From Octopus vulgaris (taxonomy: Eukaryota), in NCBI GenBank assembly GCA_951406725.2, contig OX597819.1, forward strand, positions 45,818,001-45,882,000: DNA of 64,000 bases, given 5' to 3'. The notes under the pieces were generated by a model. It saw only the letters and a list, made by a program, of their open reading frames with translations, did not search any database and was not told where the DNA came from. The translations under genes were made by a program, and so were the position numbers. Within the stretch, counting starts at the first letter, position 1. Each line of letters starts with the position of its first letter. Shown here in pieces: positions 13,920 to 28,583 of this stretch.

Positions 13920-14310
13920 TGCTTCCGAACCGCATGTTTCTGTTTTCAGTCCCAATGCGTTGTACCTTGGGCTTGGCTAAGCCTTTTCTATCACCCTCGG
14001 GAAGACCAAAACCTTGTAAATGGATTTGGTGGACGGAATCACAAAGAAGCCCTATACACACACACACGTACACACATAAGTGCATGTTTGTAAGTATTTG
14101 TCTCCTTCCATAGCTTGGCAACCGGTGCTTGCATGTTTACGTCCCAATAAATTAGGAGTTCTTCAAGAGACCATGAGAATAATTACGAGGTAAGTAATTA
14201 CGAACGTAAGTACTTGTGTTGATTTGTCCGACTAAAATTCCTCAAAGCGATGCCCCAGCATGGGCGCAGTCAAATGACTGAAACACATAAAGGCTAAAAG
14301 ATAAAAGCTA
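13920..14310 (+). mobile_element. SINE family B, diverged
   Basis: accttgggc...tggatttggtggacggaa...gtttacgtccc...ccagcatgggcgcagtcaaatgactgaaac. Confidence 0.8.
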
Positions 14311-15229
14311 GAGAATTATATGGAAGTATATATATTTCTGTTTTCTGTTTTTGGAAGGAAAATTTCTCTTGTACATACTTCCCTTAAATAACTTTTAAAC
14401 TGTTTATACATATAACAGTCTGTATGTGTAATTCTATTTGAGTAGGGTTATATGTATATACATATATACTTGCATATGTATCTGTTTCTATAAGTTACCG
14501 GATATGTGTATGTTTAAGTAGTGGCGTAGACAAATATGTTCTGATACTTTCATTCATTTCACTGCGAATGCATGAAATATTTTAGTTAAGTACATTTGTG
14601 TGTAGACATACATTTCTCTTTAAATATGTAAATATTTATCTGAATTTTTTCTATTGAGTATAAGCAACCCCATGCTTTGCGTGGCCTCTTGTGGTTAAAC
14701 GACATGCAGAAACAGGATGAAAGAACTGGAAAAGTGAGAAGGTGTAAGAATTTTGAAAGACGTGACATATCATTAGCGCTTTTCCACTAATAAACTGGCT
14801 TTTCTGCTCACCAACTGAAACCCTTGTTGTTTACAACATGTGCGGCTTAACACTTTAGGTTAATTATCTAGAGTATACTTTATATACTTCGGCGTCTCAA
14901 TTGACTATACATATACAATATAGTCCCTGTTTATAACCATTATTATTTCGTTTCAATGTCCGGTTGTTGTTGAAGTTTTATGACATCATAGCGTCTATGG
15001 AAATTAAATTTACAAAGTGCTTCAAATAAGTATTGTCTGCTCTATCAACTGACTTTATTTCAACGACAGACGGAAAAGGGAACGTTTTCTAGTCGAGGAA
15101 CAAAAACGGATTAGTAATTATCTTTTGTATTCATTAAGATCTTACAGAGTTCTATTGCTTTTTGCAGCTATATCTAATGGTATCTTGGATCTTTTCAATA
15201 TCGTGGCCAGGACCGCAGATCTTTCTAGT

Positions 15230-15746
15230 TAACTAAATAATTTGAAACTTCGTGTACTCGTAGAGTATCTCAAAACAAGACACAAGTTGAAACTAGTTTA
15301 TTTGAGAAAAATCTATTTTATGACTTTAATCGTAGATTAAAACTGCGAATTTTAACCAATGAGATTGCTTGTTTTCACATATAATACGTTACTGCATTCT
15401 GTTAGTGTGACGTAGAAAGCAGTTTTGTGACGTAGCAACTGTGCATATTTGAGGCTAATAAGCACGTGTGTTATCCAGTTATTTTCTTGTGTTGAAGACG
15501 AAAGAGTTATAGTTTTACATACACACACACACACATAGATACACACACACACACACACACACACATAAATACACACACATACATACATAGATACACACAC
15601 ACACATAGATATACACACACACATACATACACACACATACATACATAGATACATACACACACACATACATACAGATACACATACACCGAGTATTCACTCG
15701 AAAAAAATTAACATCGTTATAGTTTTACATACACACACACATAGAT

Positions 15747-15779
<33 letters not shown>

Positions 15780-16085
15780 CACACACACACATACATAGAT
15801 ACATACACACACACACATACATACAGATACACATACACCGAGTATTCACTCGAAAATAGTTTGTTTACATTTCAGATACCACATGTTTAATACGTCACGA
15901 AATTGGTGGTCGAGACGGAGTAAATAATATGAAACCGAATGACGGAATACCATTGGTCAAAATTCTAATTATTAAACAATGTTAAACTTAGAAGTTACAA
16001 TTCCGTTTTCATTCTGTTTTACAATTAAGTTTACTTTTGACACATTCTACCAGTATACGAAGTTTCAAATTGTTTGGTTCAGTAG
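15230..16085. mobile_element. Probable non-autonomous DNA element (MITE-like) with ~45-bp inverted repeats and an internal tandem duplication
   Basis: aataatttgaaacttcgtgtactcgtagagtatctcaaaa (~15235-15275) is the diverged reverse complement of ttttgacacattctaccagtatacgaagtttcaaattgtt (~16036-16075). The unit gttatagttttacatac...gagtattcactcgaaaa occurs twice (~15506 and ~15716). Confidence 0.5.
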
Positions 16086-16705
16086 GAAAAATTTGGAAAA
16101 ACTGGCTTCACAAATGAAAAGATCCGGTATCTTTATTCCTTTACTCTTTGCTGCGGATTTTCTCTTTATTCTCATTTTATATTTTTCATATACATCTGCC
16201 GTACAAAAAGAGAAGAAATTCAGCTTCATCTTCAGTTTAGAAATCACTATTTTGTTGACTTTTCTAGGTCAGATTCCACAAGGAATTTAGTTGTCATGCA
16301 TATAGCTACGTACCTACGACATCTCATTAAACTCGAAACAGTGTACTGTTGTTTCCTGTTATTCTCACATGATTCCCTAAAACCTTCATATTTCCGGCTT
16401 TTTCTTTAGTGTACAAACTTTACATCATCTACTTAGGGTTCCACCAACTCGAAAATCAAACTGTTTTTTTCTTTCAGAACGTGGTATAGATTAGAGTGAA
16501 AGAGCTGCCAGTATGGATGTGAAGAGGCAAGCCTTGCAGTTTTCGGGTTCCATCTCACTCTGCCGCATATTGAGCAAATGTTTTCAACAATATTCCATGC
16601 CAAAGGATGTCTTGTGAATGAACTAAATTTGACATTTGGAAGCTGCATGGAAGCCCGTGGTATACGTATATGTGTTTGTGTGTATGTGTGCGTATGCATG
16701 TGTGT

Positions 16706-16739
<34 letters not shown>

Positions 16740-16982
16740 ATACATATATATGTATATATATATATATATGCGTGTACATATATATGTGTGCATATATATA
16801 TGTATATGTATGCATGTATATATGTATGTATGCATATATATATATTTATATATATCTATATCTATCTATCTAGCTATCCATATATATATATATATATATA
16901 TATATGCATACATATATTGCTAAACCGCTGCTTAGTTTAAATTACACACACACACACACATATATGTACGCATATATCTATC

Positions 16983-17048
<66 letters not shown>

Positions 17049-17304
17049 TGGAACAGACATAAAAAGTAATAAAGAGTGACACAGAGAGAAAAAAGGAGGC
17101 GGAGGAAGAGAGAGAAGGGTGTTTGTATATATTTGTATGTATTTGTGTTTGTATATACACACGACTGGGTTTATGCAAATAATATTGTGGATGCCTTTAT
17201 TAGAGTATAAGCGAAAACTACAGGCACACGCGCGTACACAGACAAATGCATACAAACACATTCGTACAGACACACGCACGCATAACTGTGTGTATGTATA
17301 TAAA

Positions 17305-17353
<49 letters not shown>

Positions 17354-18232
17354 ATTGATAGAAACAAACTAAAGAAAACAATATATATACAATATACACA
17401 GGGTGGGACAAGACAGGAAAGAGAGAGAGAGGAAAGAAGAGGTTGGGGCCGCGAGATAAATTGTGGAAATGTGAGAGTAAACGTGGATTGAACATGGATC
17501 CCTAAGGCATCTAACATGAAGTGCAAAAGGTGAAAATTTAATTAAATTTCAATAGTGTTGTTGAAAGCGGGAGTGGAGTGGTAGTGATGACAGTGAAATC
17601 TTGAAAATTTCAGCCTTGCTTGCTAAAACCCATACAAGTTACAATATAGAGTAATTCTGCTTGTTTTTGCTTTTTGTTGTTGTTGTTCATTATTTTTTTG
17701 TTTGTTTTTGCTGGGTTTTTTTTAATTCTGTGTATGCAGACACACCACACACATCGACAGACACACTCAGATAATAACACACAAATATTCCAAATACATG
17801 CATAAGGGTATAGTTTTATACATATATACATATATATATTATACATATATAGATATATACATATATATATATATACATATTTCTCTATATACAAGTATAT
17901 ATGTGTATGTGTGTGTGTGTGAGTGTGTACATGTGTGTATACTGACATTCCCTCCCTCTTAGTCAAGCAAAAAACATACAAACATAGACACAAAATTATA
18001 TATATACATATATGTGTCTGTCTGAGTATGTATGTATGCATGTACACACACACACACATACACACAAGTACACAGAACTACACATATATTTTGCTAATAG
18101 ACAGAACTGAAAAAGGATTGGTGTTAAATTATGTATGTTGTGCATTCATTTCATCAGGAAAGCCAATGTGTGTGTATGTATGTCTGTGCGTACCTATGCG
18201 TACACATATGTATGTATATGCGTGTAAACATA

Positions 18233-18269
<37 letters not shown>

Positions 18270-18435
18270 TTGAATCTATATTGATATCAATCTTACTATA
18301 TATACATACACACACACACATGTATGTTTTTATGTATATATAAATGAATGTTTCACATCTTATTAACGAGTATGGCTGAGAGTGTCTGCTTTTCTTAAGC
18401 ATGTATGCGTGTATTCGAGTGTCTGTCGCTCTCTT

Positions 18436-18488
<53 letters not shown>

Positions 18489-18963
18489 GCACGTGAGTGT
18501 GTTTGCGTGTGCGTGTGAGTCCGCTTCTCTGTGTAGAATGACAACGTCATCGAGACTTAGTTGGCTGGCGAAACAGAATGTGGGAGGGAAAAACTGATTT
18601 TAAGAACGCAAAAGAAGAAACGGTTGTGTTTCTCTGCTTGTTAGGTCTTCATAATAAAGTGCATGTATATTTGTGATACCAACAGTGTTTACATTCGTAG
18701 TATCATTGAACAATCATTGAAAACACACCAGACACCAAACGCTGTGTTCCCTCTATACACTTCTTTAAAGTATATATGTATACGTGTATATGCGTGAGTG
18801 AGCAGGCATTTAAGCCGGCCATGTCTGGCCCAAATATTCTGACTGTTTATGTTCAAACTAGCCAGATCTGGCCTCTCACACATATCCTACAATGTCATTC
18901 TAAAAATATATAATCACATTATCTAAATCTCAAAGCTATGAGATAACACACGATTAATTCAGA

Positions 18964-19145
18964 ACTGGGGTCGATGTAATCCCCTCCATGTTTAGCCCCT
19001 TGTGGGCAATAAAGAAATAAGAAACGTTAGCAAGCCAGACGAAATGCTTAGCTGTAAATTAAGTAGCAGCTGCGTACTGGGGTCGATTTAATCCACTTGC
19101 CCCTTCCCCACAAAATTTCAGACTAGGTGCCTAGAATAGAAAATA
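18964..19145 (+). mobile_element. SINE family A dimer fragment
   Basis: tail-1 / head junction gggcaataaagaaataagaaacgttagca followed by tail-2. Confidence 0.75.
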
Positions 19146-19744
19146 ATAAATATCGTACCATCATCGGACGTGTCTAAATTAGGAATAAATTATCTGATAT
19201 GGTTTAGTCTCCGAAGTTTCGTATGAGTTGAGAAATGTGGATAGAAAAAATAAGACAAAGTTTCTATAAATCTACGAGGATGTTCCAATGTAAGCTACGA
19301 CGAATATAAACAATGCTTCTGTATATACTCTATTAACGTGGATAAAAAAAAACCTTGATTAACGATGTTTTCAAATTAAATGTTGACATTAGAATTTTGT
19401 AATTGAAAACCTATAAATATACATAATTAAACATCTCAATAAATAGATCACAACATATATCACAAATAAATGCAAACATGTTGATCGGAAACAGCACAAA
19501 AATCTCAGACGGCAGAGCCTTAGTAACACAAGTTCAGTGCGTACCTCAAGCAGCCAATAATATTTGACTTGTGATAGAGAAAATGTTGTTTCCCAATGTA
19601 GTTAAATGTATAACTATACAGACGTGTAACTAGTTCTGCTCAGTTAAATCCAAAATTTTGTACACTATTGAGTACCCTGTACGCGACATTTACATACCGT
19701 AAAATTTCAACAATTGTTATGAGAACGAAAATATAAATAGTCCA

Positions 19745-20140
19745 AGAGTGCGTTGTAAATAGCTTGCTTACCATCCACATAGATCCGGGTTCAGTCCCAA
19801 TGCGTGGCCTTGGGCTAGTGTCTTCTACTATAGCCTCGGGCCGACCAAAGCCTTGTGAGTGGATTTGGTAGAGGGAAACTGAAAGAAGCCCGTCGTATAT
19901 ATGTATATATACATATGTATATATGTATGTGTATATGTTTATGTATATGTGTTTCCCCCCCCCAACATCGCTTGACAACCGATGCTGGTGTGTTTACGTC
20001 CCCGTAACTTAGCGGTTCGGCAAAAGAGACCGTTAGAATAAGTACTAGGCTTACAAAGAATAAGTCCTGGGGTCGATTTGATTCGACTAAAGGCGGTGCT
20101 CCACCATGGCCGCTGTTAAATGACTGAAACAAGTAAAGAA
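19745..20140 (+). mobile_element. SINE family B, near full length
   Basis: High identity to 43610-44010, 56862-57265 and 63372-63775. Confidence 0.9.
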
Positions 20141-20155
20141 TAACAAAATAAATAT

Positions 20156-20205
<50 letters not shown>

Positions 20206-20859
20206 TGCATATGTGCGTGTGCACGCGAGCATTGTGTACATGTGCATGAATATGTGTATACATGAAAAAGCATACAATAAATGCCGTGCTCATTAAACAT
20301 TTGTACAAATAACATAGCATTGTATGGTTCCCAAAAGTACACATACGTAAGATGGATCAAAGTTTTATCTCTAAGTGATGAGGCATCCCAATTTCTAAAT
20401 GTTGCCGCTAGAATTTCAATGGTGAGTGTTGCTTGTTTTCGCTAGATATTTTATATCACCTCATGGGATACTTATCGCTGTAGCTGACAATGGTTAATTT
20501 CATGGACGCAGGAACAGGAGAATTTTCCCTCGGTTCTATTAGAAAATTAAGTTTATAGAAGTTGGAAAATTGAGCAACAAAACGTTGTTTCATTTATGAA
20601 ACATTAAAAAATGTTGATCTTGTCTGTAAGTGAACCAATATTTTTTGATGTGCTGCTGTTCTTTACACGAAGAGATAAGATACACTGCGCAACTATTATT
20701 TTAACGTGTTATGACTGTTTATCACCCGAAGAGACTCATCTGTCACCGGATGCTCCTGAACCAGGCATTAAGTATCTCACCTGTGAGGGATTGATGCTAC
20801 ATGGGTCGAAACAATTGAAGAGCTCGATAAAAGTTCTCGTATCTTCCATCTTCCGTCCA

Positions 20860-20992
<133 letters not shown>

Positions 20993-21534
20993 TACCAGGC
21001 AGTGGCTCTCATGGCTTCTGATCTTAACTGATTGGAAGTGTTATCATGTACATTGTTTTGTCTTGGTATAGAAGATGGGCTACAGCAAATATTCTGCTCA
21101 ATACCACAGATTTGCTTGTCAGTTGTTTGACCTTAACCAGTTGAGCATGTCCCTTAGTGGCTCACGATATGTGCATCTCTGATCACGAGCAGAAGTAGTG
21201 GGGGAGCATCATAGCCATGTGTTGAGAGGGATTATTTGGGGTTTGAATAATTCACCCCTGGAAACATGGGTGGTTCTTTCAACATCCTTAAACAACCCTT
21301 ATTCAGGGACCTTTTGAGCGGGATGGGCTACTCAACCTGAAGAAAATTCTAACTGGGCCCCACCTGCAAGATCATGTGCTGTTTACCTTGATATGAGATC
21401 ACCATGTCGCGCACATATGGTTGTGATGCATGTGCCTGGTGTACCCTTATCAGACGGGTAGTCATGATGGGTATATTGGGCTTCGTATATTTTACCTCAG
21501 TGTCACTTTGATGGCATGAACTGCTCTCTCACTC
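20993..21534 (+). mobile_element. Unclassified ~560-bp non-coding retroelement ('element T') inserted in (AAT)n
   Basis: Four copies in the window (20993, 26337, 26941, 32987) share the same end ...ctgctctctcactc followed by (AAT)n and are truncated at variable points at the other end. Confidence 0.75.
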
Positions 21535-21589
21535 AATAATAATAATAATAATAATAATAATGATCATGATCATGATAATAATAGTAGGG

Positions 21590-23911
21590 AATATAATTCC
21601 AAAACTTACAGGAAAAAATTCAATTTAACAATTTTAAATCAAATTTCACAATATATAATATATGTATATAATTTAGAGAAAAACCACTATTAAACAATTC
21701 AATAAAGAAAGATGTTATTCACACCATATAGAAAACATATAAGAAAATGATAAGGCAAAGTTCCTATTAATCTAAGAGGATATTCCAATGTACGCTACGA
21801 CGAATATAGATAATTATTATCGTTCTATTCATGAGATAGTAGTCAATAAGGCCCTAATTTATGCAATGAATAAGGTAGGAATGACGTTAATGCTGTTAAA
21901 ACGGCTAGGAAATCGTTGATTATATATAATAATAAATTGTGGGCTAGGAAGTATACTAGGGACTATTTTGATATACCTACGGGGCACCCGATTCTGCACA
22001 GGCAACTGATTTAGTAGGTACTTATTTATCATCGGAACTTCAATTAGAAAAATTAAATTTGGAGAGTGATCTATATAGGGATGGCCTTTTATTAATAGCT
22101 AAGAATTGCAGCAATAGAACACTAGAATTATATAAGAAACTATAGTTTTTTAAAAGATATGAATTGAATATTACTATATATAATGAGAACTATAATGTTA
22201 ATTATTTACATGCTAATTTTAATTTAATAACAGATAAAACCCAACCATTCCATAAAATTAATGAAAACCTTAGATATATTAATGCTAATAGTAATCATCC
22301 ACCTTCTATTAAGAAATCATTCAAACATAATATAGGTAAAGGAATATCGTTGCTTTCTTCTAAATTTTGAGATTTTCCAAAAACAGGCACCTTAAAATGA
22401 AGTCCTGCGAGAGGCGAGTTATAATAATAATATTAAATTGTTTGATGTTTCTAAATATGATTATAATATAAAAGAGTATAATATAAATGATTCCTATATT
22501 TTTATAATAATAAATCTAACATTAAGAATCATGAAGCGTTTTATTTAGGCAATTATGGTATAAATAATATGTATTATAATACAAAACATAAATATAATAA
22601 TAGACTAAAATATAGGTTTAAATTTAATTCATTTAATGATAATAATACATTTAATAATATAAAAATAAATATAATAATATTAATGATAAGAACAAAATTT
22701 GGTTAATTATTCATTTTAAAACAAACATTATTAAAGAGATTCTAACTATAATTGAAGTAATAATTTTGGAGTTGGTTATTCTACTACTAATAATGTAGGT
22801 AACATTATTTCTTCTTTACAAACACAAATCACATAAGTATTCCAATAATAAGAATAATATGATTAATTGTACGTGTAGAGATAAAACTAATTGTGAATTT
22901 AATAATAAATGTAATTTCGATGATGGAGTATATAAGTGTGTAGTGACATAGATTGGTGATAATAATAGGAATGGTTACAATTTAAATGCAATTTACATAG
23001 GGTCGACTTCTGATAAAATTAAATTAAGGGTAGCTCAACACATGCATTCTTTAAAGATTAGAAATTTAATTAAATCTACTGGCCTTAGTAAATAAAATTA
23101 AATTAAATCGATCTAAAATTAAGTACAATTTAAATTGGGAGATAGTTTGTAAGGCAAAAATCATATCGTATAGGTAGTAATTTTTGTTTATCATGTACTA
23201 ACGAATTTAAGGAGATATTATTAACTAATTATAAAAATTTGATAATTTCCACGAGGAACGAAAGATTAGATGTAGACATAAATTCAATTACTTATATAAT
23301 AATTTTAGCTAATTTGTGTATGTATATAAACCCTGTTTTATGTTACTAATTGTAGTAGTTATAATTTGTAGTAGTAAAATATGTATAAGTTAGCGCGGGA
23401 TTATATAGACTATATTGCATAATTAGAATAAGTTGAATATTAGATGTTTATAAAATAAATAAATTAATTAATTAATGAAAATAGATTAAATTATAGAATT
23501 GTAGCTTAATTTATGTTTATTATATTATGTATTTCACGTATTTAATATCTAAATTATTTAGACTTTACAAATTTTCCAGTTAATAGTATATTAGAGTGAT
23601 TTGTTTTCCTTATTCTCACCGCTAAAATACATTTGTAATTTCAATACATTAAATATATATTTCTATCTATTTCTTCTATAAATTCTATTTACGCCATATT
23701 TTCAGGTGATATATTTCTTATATTTCTTATAAACGCTAAGTTTGACGTTTTACGTTTAAATTGTTAGTTAACGAAATTCCTTCGACAAGATAAGTTACAT
23801 TTTCATTTTAAGAAATTTTGTTAAATGCTTTTCGATTATTTGTAGATAATACACGTATTTTTTATATATTTATTTGATAATTAGTATAAGTTAAGATAAG
23901 TACATTCATTC

Positions 23912-23987
<76 letters not shown>

Positions 23988-24245
23988 TATTGCCTTAGAC
24001 CAAATGAGTGACTATATTTTTAAATAGAATTAATTTTAGTTCGACTCAATTTTGAATCGAATTGATTTTATTATTGATACGTATTTAAAAATATAGCTAT
24101 GAAACCTGCGTAGTCTTTTTACTACTATTTACTATTTATTCTACTTAAATGATTTAAGTTTTTTTTATAGTATATGGTTCTATATGGTGTGAATAATATA
24201 TTTCTTTATTAAATTGTTTAATAGTGGGTTTTCTCTAAATTTTAA
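21590..24245 (+). mobile_element. Decayed AT-rich Penelope-like element (RT + GIY-YIG) with inverted terminal segment
   Basis: Translatable remnants: ARKSLIIYNNKLWARK, FDI..GAPDSAQATDLVG (~21965-22020), LYRD(D)GL, NFNL...QPFHKINENLRYINANSNHPPSIKK, CTCRDKTNC...C....VYKCVV...IYIGSTSDKIKLRVAQH (~22868-23045). 21666-21745 is the reverse complement of 24165-24245. Confidence 0.85.
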
Positions 24246-24269
24246 AATTATATATATATAAATATATTA

Positions 24270-24777
24270 CCGTTGTCTCCTTTTCATTCAACCATCTTGG
24301 ACAGTTGAATTCTACCCAGTTTTTCTCTCTCCGTTTTTATTCATTCTCTCTCCAGTTATTTCTTCTTAAACCTTTTGTCGGAGAGCGTAGGCTCGAAACG
24401 TAAAAGTCTGTTCCATTTTTCCCGAGCGTTAAACTAATACAACTGCCTTTTGTTCCTATATCTGTATTCGTCTTTTGAACTATATATATATATATATATA
24501 TATTATCTCTTTAAATATGTATATTTATTATCTACTTTATTATCTTCTCTCCTTCCTAGGTCTCCTGTGTGATCCCTCTGCCCTGCATTCGCCATGATAG
24601 ATCGCTAGCCACGACATATTCTTTATTTTCTCCCCTTGTTTCTTTCTGTGTTACTTTCTGCTGAAGAGCCTAGGCTCGAAACGTTAAATATTTTTCAGTT
24701 CCTGGGCGTTAAACTAATACTTCTGTTTGTTGTCTACACCACCTGTCTTCATCATTTGTCTCTTTGTGTGAATTCTC

Positions 24778-24780
<3 letters not shown>
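24270..24780 (+). mobile_element. Two tandem Penelope-like termini, each with a hammerhead-like motif and ending at (TA)n
   Basis: gagcgtaggctcgaaacgta (~24382) and ctgctgaagagcctaggctcgaaacgtt (~24658), each followed by g(a/g)cgttaaactaatac and a (TA)n run. Confidence 0.6.
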
Positions 24781-24848
<68 letters not shown>

Positions 24849-25039
24849 CATATCGTACTTCTTTGTGGCGAGGACTTTTCCCTTTTGCGCGCGTGTGGGC
24901 GTGTTTCGCAAACAAATTTTCTGTATTTTCTGTTTAATTTTATGAAGACACTCATCATGATCAACCCACCAACATCTGCTACCGTCTCCTTCTTGTTATT
25001 GTTATCGCTATTATGAATGAAAATTATTCAAAGAAGCAA

Positions 25040-25070
25040 TTAATATTATTATTATTTTTGTTGTTGTTGT

Positions 25071-25149
<79 letters not shown>

Positions 25150-25184
25150 CTTGCTGCTACTACTACTGCTACTACTACTACTAT

Positions 25185-25255
<71 letters not shown>

Positions 25256-25260
25256 TGATT
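25040..25260. repeat. Compound trinucleotide microsatellite (ATT)/(TTG)/(CTA)n/(CTG)
   Basis: Direct inspection. Confidence 0.95.
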
Positions 25261-25976
25261 ATTAAATAAATAAATAAATACCATTACTATTCTGAATTTT
25301 ATTATTTTCAACTTTATTTGTATTGGTTGTTATCGTCAGCACTTTATAATTTTCGCCAGTTCTCTTTTATTCATTTATTTATTTGTTTATTCATTTATTC
25401 ATTCTAATTTACCCCTCTCCATCCACCCCGTAATATGGCTTCATTTTCGTTTCAGGGGTTTAAACTGAAGCATCACTCGCTTAGTGGGGACACACAATAC
25501 TCCCCGCATACAAACAGACACACTGTCACAAAATCATATAATACACAAATGAAAACAAATGCAGTTATCCACACACTGACGCATACACACACATATACAC
25601 ACTTTCCTACATGTACGTTCATATATTAACCTAAAAGACTTCACAACCTTCCCCTTCCCGAGAGAAATTCGCATTTTTCTCTTAATATACACATATGCAC
25701 ACGTGTCAACACACACACATATATATATATACACACAGATACACCAACAAATTACATATGGACATTCATTCAAAGAAAACATGTAGACTTGCATAGGTAC
25801 ATTTATACACACAGTAAACAGAATTACATGTTCATAACATTTGTTATTAACAGATATAAGCACAGACTAACGTACGTATGTTCACATATTTATGCGAAAC
25901 ACAGGCCCATATCATATATGTATGCAAGCACTTAAAACACACGGTAATGCACGTATACAGGTATGTGTTCAATGCA

Positions 25977-26013
<37 letters not shown>

Positions 26014-26199
26014 ATTTTAAATATAAATATTGTTATTATTATTCTGTTTGACTTTTGCTTTATATTTGCACAAGTTGGCTCCAAGTCTCACCCAGAGACC
26101 TCAAGAGACAACAGGTTGGAAGTTCATGCATAGTGTGCCATATATTTGGTTTTGTATTTATTATTATTATTGTTATTATTATTATTGTTATTATTATTA

Positions 26200-26301
<102 letters not shown>

Positions 26302-26336
26302 TCAGTAGTAGTAGTAGTAGTAGTAGTATCATTATT

Positions 26337-26917
26337 GAATGAGAGAGCAGTGCATGCCGCCAAAGTGACACTGGGATAAAATATACGAAGCCCAGTATAA
26401 CCATCATGACTACCCGTCTGATGAGGGTACACCAGGCACATGCATCGCAACCATATGTGCGCGACAGGGTGATCTTATATCAAGATAAACAGCACATGAC
26501 CTTGCGGGTGGAACCCTGTTAGAATTTTATTCCAGTCGAGTAAACCATCCCGCTCAAAAGGTCCCTGAATAAGGATAAAGGATGTTGAACGAAACACCCA
26601 TGTTTCCAGAGGTGAATTATTCAGACTCTAAAGAATCTTTCTCAACACATGGTTATGATGTTCCCCCACTACTTCAGCTCGTGGTCAGAGATGCACATAT
26701 CGTGAGTCACTAAGGGACATGCTCAACTTGTTATGGTCAAACAACTGACAAGCAAATCTGTGGTATTGAGCAGAATATTTGCTGTATCCCATCTTTCATA
26801 TCAAGACAAAACAATGTACATGATAACACTTCCACTCAGTGAAGATCAGAAGCCACGAGATTCACTGCCTGGTACTGCATCAGGGCATAGAGCCACTGCC
26901 AGGTACTGTATCAGGCA
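26337..26917 (-). mobile_element. Element T, longest copy, with a ~31-bp duplication at its 5' end
   Basis: Reverse complement of 20993-21534, extended by ccactgcc(t/a)ggtactg(c/t)atcagg present twice (26863-26917). (ATT)n on both sides. Confidence 0.75.
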
Positions 26918-26940
26918 TTATCATTATTATTATTATTATT

Positions 26941-27043
26941 GAGTGAGAGAGCAGTGCATGCCATCAAAGTGACACTGGGGTAAAATATACGAAGCCCAAT
27001 ATACCCATCATGACTACCCGTCTGATAAAGGTACACCAGGCAC
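26941..27043 (-). mobile_element. Element T, short 3' fragment
   Basis: Matches the first ~100 bp (plus strand) of 26337-26440. (ATT)n on both sides. Confidence 0.75.
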
Positions 27044-27408
<365 letters not shown>

Positions 27409-27411
27409 AAA

Positions 27412-27528
<117 letters not shown>

Positions 27529-27564
27529 GTTGTTGTTGTTATTATTATTATTATTATTATTATT

Positions 27565-28378
27565 CAGTAGTTTTATTTTTATAGCGTGCTTTCACTTCAC
27601 TACCGAGCGCAGCTCTGTGTGCCTTGGGTATGTGCTGTGATTTGTTGTGATGCTCTGATGGTTATTGTATGGAAAGTGTTCTGCGTAGGATGTGTGCAGT
27701 GCCTAGTAGTGCAATTTTCTGTATGTTATATGTGTTTGTAAGTCCTGGTGTTTTTGTTATGTATTTGTCTGAATATTTTTTTATCATGCCTAATGCACCT
27801 ACTATGATAGGAATTGTTTCTGTTTTCAGGTTCCACATTCTAGTTACCTCTATTTCCAGGTCTTTGTATTTTGAGAGTTTCTCCATTTCTTTTAGAGACA
27901 CGTTGTCATCAGCCGGTATTGATACATCAATTAGAAAGCATTTTTTTCTTCATGATCTCTGACAACTATATCTGGTCTGTTGGCCTTAATTTCTCTATCT
28001 GTGTGTATCGGCATATCCCAGAGTATGGTTGCTTTCTCGTTTTCTGTGACCTTTTCTGGTGTGTGCCTATACCATCTTTTTTCTGTTGTTATTCCATAAT
28101 GTTGGCATAGCTTCCAATGTATGTAGGTTCCAACTCTGTCATGTCTGTGAATATATTCCTTCTTAGCCAAGACTGGGCAGCTAGAGATAATATGATTTAT
28201 TGTTTCTTGTCCATCTCCACATATTCTGCAGTTACTTGTAATATTTCTTTTCATTACATGTTTTTGGTAATTTCTGGTGGGGAGGCTTTGGTCTTGTGCT
28301 GCAATTAAAAATCCCTCTGTTTCTGCTTTGAGTCCTGAGCTTCTCAACCATTGCTGGGATTTTTCTTTGTCTATTGTA
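27565..28378 (-). mobile_element. R4/Dong-clade non-LTR retrotransposon, 5'-truncated (CCHC zinc knuckle + restriction-like endonuclease), one frameshift
   Basis: ORFs 27931-28347 and 27662-27901 give WLRSSGLKAETEGFLIAAQDQ..CRICGDGQETINHIISSC..YIHRHD..ILWD..NRPDIVV..LIDVSIP..EKLSKYKDL..IPIIVGALG..LLGTAHILRRTL. The 3' end runs directly into (AAT)n. Confidence 0.9.
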
Positions 28379-28477
<99 letters not shown>

Positions 28478-28518
28478 CATTATTATCATTATTATCATTA
28501 TTATTATCATTATTATTA

Positions 28519-28583
<65 letters not shown>

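Noticed and set aside
26418-26445. CTGATGAG in element T (also ~33067 and ~716)
   Set aside because: No downstream GAAA or stems, and other copies read CTGATAA.
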